Assembly (NCBI GenBank): GCA_012295275.1
Contig: CM022667.1
Span: 18,042,001-18,106,000, forward strand
Origin: Chrysomallon squamiferum
Lineage: Eukaryota; Animalia; Mollusca
Length of the DNA stretch: 64,000 bases
Direction: 5' to 3'
Below, one piece after another: positions 55,586 through 64,000 of the stretch (position 1 is its first letter; the number at the start of each line of letters is the position of its first letter). The notes under the pieces are model-generated. The model saw only the letters and a list, made by a program, of their open reading frames with translations, had not been told where the DNA came from and made no database searches. Position numbers and translations under genes: made by a program.

Positions 55586-57981
55586 ACAAATTCAACAATA
55601 CACAGAAGTAATGACACATAATTAGAAATGCAGACAGTACAAAAACAATAATAGTTAGACAGAAAAATACACAATGAGGCACAAAAAAAAAGAAAAATAT
55701 CTCAAAATACTTTTATTTTCTTTTGTATCCTAACACAAAAGCTGTTACGTGAGAAGACATTTATATTACTTTTAAGCTAATAATACTTTATGCTGGCATT
55801 TATATTGCCTTTTGCAAATTGCAGTGCAAGAAAAGATCAAGAAGAAAGAACCTACAAAGCAGGTGAAATTGAATGAGACAATAAACACTTCATCTAAATT
55901 ATGTCTGATTGCACTACCTTATCAACAATAAATAAAACAGGCAATAACAAAAAACAGAGAACAGATTATCTGTTTGTAAAATAAACTACTGAGGTGTTTT
56001 GTTGTTTTTTGTTGCTGTTTTTATAGATTAGGTAAGGTAAACAAGTAATTTTTTAAAAAATTAATTTAAAAAAGGTAAATGGAAGACAATAAAAATTAAA
56101 AAATTAAAAAGAAGAAAAAATAATCATGAGACATAAAAGAGGTTTGTTTTAAAATAAAAGACAAGTGAGCCGACAGTCATATTACATATCCTTCTGTTCC
56201 AATCACTATCCACACACAAAACATGAAACAATAACTTTTTGAGATTATAACTATTTCAGATATTCTGAGTTACAGAACATATTTCTCTGCATGATTTTTC
56301 CCATTCTAAACATTATCCTGAAAAAAATATATAGTTCATATAAAATTAGCATTTAACAATATTAGTTATTTTAAATATTGTTCATATAAACAGAAAACTT
56401 TGGAAAATGGTGATGTTTCAAAAACCTTTCTGTGTACATGCTAAAATGTATTATTAAACACAACGAAGTGTGCTGTGTGGTTTCAATTAAAGAAAATATT
56501 TAATAAAACAAATTTCTTCTTCATTAACACTAATACTAGTCAAATATATATAAAACCTCCTTGTCTCAATCAAAGCTTGGCAATAGGTGTAATGTCAATA
56601 TAATAAACCTGTAAATAATTTTATATACATCCCTTTATTACAGGTTTGTATATAAATAATATCAGTTAATTACATTCTTAATGTTAAATATCACCCACAA
56701 ACTACTGACGTATGGTTTTGTGTGTGTGTGCGTGCATGTGTGTGTGTGTGAGTGCATGTGTGTATGTATAACTTAATAATTAAACATATCTTACATGATA
56801 CTGACCTGTATGGAGAAAATATTTTCATCATTCTTGAAATAGTTTGATATTTATATTCTTAACTGGATTTATAAAATCCTTATTTTAAAATCATATATTA
56901 CATACAATCTCTAATAAAATGATATATTATTATTTACTTATTTATTTATAATTGTGGCATGTGTGTTTGTGTGTGTGTGTGTATATGTGTGAAATATATA
57001 TTTTGTATTTGTATATGTGTGTGCATGCTAGTGTAAAATAAATGTGAATAAGAAAATACATTAAAAATATCTCAAAACATTTGATTTTTTTCCTTATTTG
57101 GTCTAAAGTATAAAACCAAATGTAACTGAACTGAGCTGTGTATTTTGATCAGTCATTGTCTGTTTCTATTTAAAGTTTGTAAAACTGTGTTTATATTTGC
57201 TGTAAAGAAATATACACTATTGCTATATGCTAAATTTGCTCAAATACTGTCAGAAGGAAAATAATTTAAATGAATTATGTGAATCAGTTAAAGTATCTTT
57301 AAAAATTGTTCTTTTATCAAGTTCACATAACAATATTTCCTATAGTGTTGTGTTAGAAATGAGGAAACAAGAACATCGTGGACTGCAGCTAGTGATAAGC
57401 TCTGGAGGACCCTGCAGTCATCTTCTAAACCATGTTCTTTAACAAAATTGATGAATGAAAACAGCATCCACATCTTAGATGAAAATATTTAGTATTTAGT
57501 CAATGATTTTGCAATTTTTGTGAATTGTGTCTGTTACCTTGACAGACCACTGTTTTATCCAAGATTAAAAATCTAAAAGACGTTGTTTTATACGTAACCA
57601 TTAAAATTTATCTTCTCCAAAATGTTCACACTTTAAACAAAAAATCAAAAATAGTAGAAAGACAAGCCAAGTTGAAAATTTGATTAAGGCAGACAGACTG
57701 ATTTAGAGTAGAATAACTTCGTTCTGTTAAAGTTTAGTCTTTAACTATATTAACTAGATTAAATATCATTTAATAACATGTCTTTGGATAAATTTGAATT
57801 TTCCTTTAATGTACATGTTATTGCTGTTGATTTATTATTTGACTTAAATCAATATATTTAATTAAGAAAACAGAATAGCAAACTATTTTAATTATCATTT
57901 CAGATTATTTTTTTTTATTTTAGTTACATGGACTTAAAATAAATCTTTGCATTCTTCAGTATTACATTTAAATTATTTCAG

Positions 57982-60039
57982 GTTTGCCCTCTCATACCAC
58001 TTTCCTGTAAAGTATGCCAACAGTTTCCTGATGGTAAGTATATTTAATTTTTGTATATATATATATATATATATATATTAATCATTTTTAAACAACAGCA
58101 ACCTTGACAAAAAAGAAATAAATGAAAAAGTAAATAAAATATTATTATATTTGTATTGATAAAGAAAATGTTATTTTTTAATTGATATAAATTAAATTAA
58201 TTGCCCTTCTTTTTACATGAAATATATTTCCAAAATTACTTGTATTTTTTTTTAACTTTATTTAACAGTAATGCTAAATATTTATTATTCAGTTAGAACT
58301 GTTTTAGACATAAATTATAATAATAATGCTAAGCTGGTTTTGTTTTCTAGGTACATTTTATGTCTAAAATATTCTCCATTTATCATATTAATATTACAAT
58401 AGAAAAACACATTCTGAGGCAATAATTAAAAATAATTTTTATTTAAATGATCACAATATTAAAGTTGCAATATAATATTATGGTAAGAAAAGCTCAGTTT
58501 CAAGCAGGCATCTTTGTGTTTCTGCTTTGAAACTAGTTCACGGTTGTTTATTGGAAAAGGTTCCCATAAAGACGTTTGGAAATGCAGAGGATAGTTGCCA
58601 TGCAGAATAAAGATACTGTTAACTAAAATTTGAAATAAAGAGGAAAGGATAAAGTATTTCCAAAAGACACAAAATGGTTCCAGGAAATGTCTAAAAATGT
58701 TTTATAATGCTAAAGTTATTCAGTACAGAGGAAAATTTATTTTTAATTTGTAATTTTGTAAATAAAAATTAAGTTATTAATGACAAAACTGATTTAATTA
58801 AATAATGGTTTTTTGGGGGTTTTTTTTACGTTGATTTATAAATGTAACAATGACACATTCTGATTAATGTATTGACATTATTAAATATCAAATATTTTGG
58901 TAAAATTATGACACATATTATAAAATTTCAAAATTTTAAAAATAAACTATACTAATAACATTGCAGACTTAACAAGTTTTAACTACTCTTGTGCATCTAA
59001 TTTTAAATCACAATTCTTTTTAACTTCTGCATTACACACTCACGTTGGATTTACTTGTTGTTTTGCACTTCTGATAAGTTAAACATTAAACTACTAACAG
59101 AATGTCTCCTATCCACTTGATCGTTATTGCTTTGCTCTATGGGAGTTGGACATAAATGGGGGTTTGGGGAAGACATAGTATTGTGAAGTTGTTTTTAGTA
59201 TTTACCTAATTTACAAAATAAATGATAAATTTTAACTGCTGCCAAAATAATTAAATATCCTGGTTTATTCCATGTTATGGGTTCTAAAAATAAATAAATA
59301 AATAAAAATAAAAGAACAAACTCTGGGGACATTTTTGTTTGAAATTATGGCTGTATTCGAATGTTTTTATACAAACGACTGGAGTATATAAACAACAGAT
59401 AAGGCTTTTTGTGTTTTGCGACTGGTTATAGAAGAACCAGTACATTGCGTTATTACATAATTGTACGTTATACCCAAAACGTTTCAACATGAGATGTAGC
59501 TACCCAAGATTATAATAACAAAAATAAAAAATTACAGACCAAGTAAGCTCATTGTGCTCTTTATAAAAAGGTAGAAACACCTTATAATTAACAGTGCACC
59601 TTTTCAATTCATGTTGTACATTTTTTTGGCATTTCGGTCGCAGTGAAAAATGGGCAAATAACAGGCACTTTTCTCTGTTCTGTTTGAAGTACGTCACCCC
59701 AAATTTGAAGAGCATCGCGGATGAAACAGAATAAGCTAAGTGTGACTGGGTCAGTGTTATGATAATGAGAAATGTTTCCAATGTGTGTGGTCTTGACAAA
59801 CGTTAATACGTGTGATTTATTAAACACACTGTTATTACACTGCTGCTAGATAATTAGTACACTATATTCACATATGTAGCTTGGCAAACCAGAAGTAAAA
59901 ATGAAGTATCATATTTATTTAAAAAAGGAAATAATAAAACAAAATATTAAGACACATAAAAATTAAAAACAAAAAAGATAAAATTAAATAATAATATTTA
60001 GGACATTTTAATAATGATTATAAATATTTATCATATAAA

Positions 60040-60087
<48 letters not shown>

Positions 60088-60529
60088 CAGATGACAACTA
60101 ATTTAGAAATGTTTAATTTATTAACAAAATGGGATTTTTTATTATTGGAAATATAATTTTTATAAATATTTGTAATTCATTTTAGATTATCAAGTTGTAT
60201 TCACATCATACTTAGACATCAATGGCATTGTAGTACCTCATGATCAGATAAAACAACATCATCGCAGTCGGCGAAATGCAGGACTGGAAGAAGACATTTT
60301 TATGAACATCACTGGCAAAAGTCTTCACTTCCATCTGAGACTGTCACCAAACAAAAATCTTTTGGCTCCAGGTTTTAAAATTTATCATCGTCACCATGGC
60401 AACTCTAGTACCATTCCACAGCAAACATCAACTAACCAACCTGACCAGGATATCATGGACTGCATCTACACTGGACAAGTCTTATCACACAATTACTCCA
60501 AAGCATCGTTTTCCAACTGCCACAGCCTG
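57982..60529 (+). CDS. ADAMTS-type (M12B) metalloprotease, prodomain exon(s); partial gene
   Basis: Exon 60186-60529: DYQVV..HHRSRRNA..FMNITGKSLHFHLRLSPNKNLLAPGFKI..DCIYTGQV..ASFSNCHSL|GTAAGT, a reprolysin propeptide pattern. The phase-compatible 52-nt exon 57982-58033 is tentative; start codon not located. Confidence 0.8.
60045..60085. repeat. (GT)n microsatellite
   Basis: Direct reading. Confidence 0.95.
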
Positions 60530-60889
60530 GTAAGTATAAATTTATTATTTTTTATTTTATCCAGAAATTTCATTTAATAGTTTTAAGATAAGTTTAATTT
60601 AAATTGACCATATTTTATTTTGGCTCATCATCTATATCAAGATCAATATCATCATTATTAATAATTGTATTAGTATTAGGAACATTATTAAGATTAAGTT
60701 CAAAGATAAAACAAGTTTTTAATCTTACTGATGTTTTTTTTTCTTTTTTTTTCTGAAATTTATGACAAATTAATCTCTTTGGCTGATATTTTAACATTAC
60801 ATTTTGCTTTGATTATCTTTTTTTTTACTGCTGTTATATCACATACTTCATCTTATCACACATAAAACCACTCCCATCTGAATATCACC

Positions 60890-61430
60890 TTTTAAAGATA
60901 ACTTCAGACTTCAAGATAGTGAATTAAACAATTATGAAATAAAACCCCACTGTTTCAATGATAACTTTACTCTTTAGGAAAATATATAGCAAACTGAACA
61001 ATGATGAAATAAAGAAACATGTGGGTTTTTTTTAATTTATGTTCACATTAACTTGGAAAAAGTATGTAGTAAATTATATAAAATAATAAAGTTAAAAACC
61101 CCCAACAAATTGTTGTTTTAAAGATAACTTAACACTTGGAGAAAATATATTGCAAAATAAACAAGTTAAATATGAAGTATGGTGTTTTAAAGATAACTTT
61201 ATACTTGGAGAAATAATAAACTAGTTAAACAAAAATTATATTCATTTAAAGATAATGTTCCCCTTAGAGAAAATATAGCGTAAACTGAACAATGATGAAA
61301 TAAAAAGTAAATGTTTTAAAAATAACTTTACATTTGGGTAAAGTACATAGCTAAATAAACAAAATTTTTAAAAAAATCTTCTTTTAAATATAACTTTACA
61401 CTTGAAAAAGTAAACAAGTTAAATAGAAAA
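60890..61430. repeat. Degenerate ~60-70-bp tandem repeat (core TTTAAAGATAACTTTACACTTGGAGAAAATATA)
   Basis: Core recurs at ~60892, 60958, 61118, 61187, 61246, 61316, 61384. Confidence 0.75.
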
Positions 61431-62450
61431 AACTGTTGTTTTAACATTAAAGCTTTGTTTTGTCACTTTACATAGTATTTATGAGATTTCTGTCATCAGA
61501 TGTCAGTGTTGAGAAACACTTGTAGAAGATGACATTCCTCTCAACTCAACACTTTTACAGCTAAATCTCTTCTCAACATTTTTCAACCAGTCTTAATGTT
61601 TGTTTTTATGGTGGAATAAAAACTACAAATGACATAATAAAATATTTACACACTGACATGCAGGTGTTGCTGATGAGCATTTAGTAGTAGTAGTAGTAGT
61701 AACAAGATTTATCACTGTTTACTTCCTTCATGTTTGTGTTTAATTTATCACTTGTTTAAAACATCAAAAGCTGGATTTTAATGTCCTGTAACAAATAAAG
61801 ATTGTAAATAACTCTATTTATTTTACTGGAATTAAATAACATATTACTTCAAAACACTTGCCAAATACACTAATTTTGATACTATTGAAATAATTATAAT
61901 AGTGGTTTAACAAGTATTATAAATATGTTTGTAAAATTAACACTAACTTATATCTTATAATAAATATGTTTCTCTTGTGTTTATTTATTTATGTATTTAT
62001 ATATATATGTATATATGTGTGTATGTCTGTCTGTCTGTACATACGTGTGCATGTAAATGTTTATGTGTCTGTGTTTACATATGTGTGCCTGTATGTAATT
62101 TGCTCTGTTGTTTCATTCTAATTTCTAATGTGATTTCACATCTATTATCTAACACTTAAAGCAATCATACACACATAAACATACATACAATACAAACTCA
62201 CAAAGAGAGACAGAGAGACAGTGAGAGAGAAACACACACAGCATTATCAATGTTACCAAACAAATATAACAATTGCAAAGTATTTTCTCTAACATTTCAG
62301 ATTATTTTTACTATTTGTTAATCACAAATTTATAACAGTTATAACTAAATTTTACCACTGACAAAAGAAAACATTTTGAAAAGTCAGATATGAAAAGAAC
62401 CATTCAGTAGTGTTTACAACTTAATTACACAAACAGCTTGGTGTTCCAGC

Positions 62451-63831
62451 GGTGTCTTCCCATTTGGTAGATTCCCAGTTCGTATAATTCCCATTTCGTA
62501 GAAAAACCTGGTTTACTGCAATACCTGATTACCTCTGTATATAATGAACTTGGCCTGTGCATACATCTGGTTTCTTTCGACAAAAATATTATAAATAACT
62601 AATTCAGCAAATATAATTTTTAACAAAACATATTTTACATATGAGTAATTTACTTATATTCAGTAAATAGAGTATTTGAACGTTACATTTATCATTAACT
62701 TTTCGAATTCAACCGTATTCAGCTTAAACATGTACAAGATATCTGTTACTGATCATATTTACGTTATGCACACATACATATTCAGATTGTGCACATATTA
62801 TACAATACATGTGACATAGTATATTAATAGTGTGTACACTAAAGATATTATGACCTGCAAATACTTTGGCTATGACTGAAAAAGTTTATACGAAGGACCA
62901 AATCATTGGGAATACTTTTAGATAAATACCTTCTTTTTTAATTATTTACATTCACTATATTCGATACATAGATCATTTCGATATTTGTCATATTTGCATA
63001 CTTTATGCGATAAGCAATATCCATACTACAATAATACCTCAGATTAAAGATGTAATTGGTTCCAAAACTTCCAATAACTAAGTGAGGTAAACGGGAGACT
63101 AATTTACATTGAATTAAGGTTAAAAGCAGTGGTTACTTTCTCGCTGATGAGATCTGACATAAAAAAAAGAGGTGAAATAAGGAGAAATAAAACGGCAGTT
63201 TAGACATAAATGATTTAATAGATTGTAGATATTAAATAAACAGTAAATCATTTACAAATCAATTTATACAAATACATTAAGAAATAAGTATATGCCGCTC
63301 ATTGTGGGTTTTGGTTTCATTTAAGATAATGTATTTTGTTTCTAAAGTTATTATCTTCCGTTTCTTTTATCATCAGCATTTGCCGGTATACTGTTATTCG
63401 TTTTGACATATTGGAAGGGTAAATTACAAACAAGTTTAAGTCTAAATCGAAGCAGAAGACAAAAGAGAATCAGAATATCAGATGCACATATGACGTGTCA
63501 ACTGATCAACACAACTGAGAGAAGCTCGTGAATGAACGAAAAATTAAAGAAAAAGGACTTAAAAACATGCACTGTATACATTTGTATCATTTATTTCGAG
63601 CAATTAACTATTAAATTAAATTTCTATTTATATAATTTGTAAAGAAGAAAGATTGTTAAAGCGTGGTATCGTTAAGCGAGATGTTACTGTATTTATACAA
63701 TAATAATCGCTTTCCAAATAATCTGGAGCAGTTCATTAAAATGACTGAGGTAAAACCAAACATGTCAATAAGACCACTGAACCACATTTAGCCTTTCTAT
63801 GAAATGGGATTCTACCAAATGGGACTAAGCC
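62451..63831. mobile_element. Non-autonomous TIR DNA transposon with 8-bp target site duplication, superfamily unassigned
   Basis: Left end GGTGTCTTCCCATTTGGTAGATTCCCA; right end (reverse complement) GGCTTAGTCCCATTTGGTAGAATCCCA; flanks GTTCCAGC / GTTCCGGC; repeated subterminal TCCCATTT(G/C)GTAGA; CpG-rich interior with no ORF in the track. Confidence 0.8.
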
Positions 63832-64000
63832 GTTCCGGCAAGCATGATGATTGATCCAGTCTGTGGAATGTATTGTCCTCCCAGTGTCATCACTGTCCAC
63901 TGTGGGTGGCATCTACTGACCACTAGATAGCCACTGTTTGTGATCAGTGCTTTTGCACACAGTAATTGTTATCTGTTTGTTCACTTTATTTTAGTTATGG

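Noticed and set aside
55790-55862. Possible signal-peptide exon for the ADAMTS gene (MLAFILPFANCSARK..)
   Set aside because: Short hydrophobic core, weak donor, and out of phase with the 57982-58033 exon; cannot be supported without transcripts.

Overview
AT-rich, intron-rich, microsatellite-rich genomic DNA from an invertebrate animal (mollusc/lophotrochozoan-like; the organism cannot be established from sequence alone). The left 45 kb holds six conserved spliced genes in three head-to-head pairs: PRMT5 (-, 5' part only) / C5orf22-UPF0489 (+), NOP9 (-) / AFG3L2 (+), and JARID2 (-) / TMPPE (+). The right 19 kb is gene-poor and contains an ADAMTS-type prodomain exon. Mobile DNA comprises two long-TIR Sola2-like deletion derivatives, a pogo/Tigger-like MITE, a young Tc1/mariner MITE, an unclassified TIR element with an 8-bp target duplication, and a decayed RTE-type LINE fragment. 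Less expected signals: decayed 'echo' duplications of exon ends at five sites in four genes, a candidate three-exon orphan microgene between AFG3L2 and JARID2, a probable GC-AG intron in NOP9, a stop-free 3n intron in the AFG3L2 AAA domain, and a long intronic foldback in PRMT5. I see no unequivocal new multi-gene system. Exon coordinates were read by eye and may be off by a few bases; comparisons with known proteins are from memory, not database searches.
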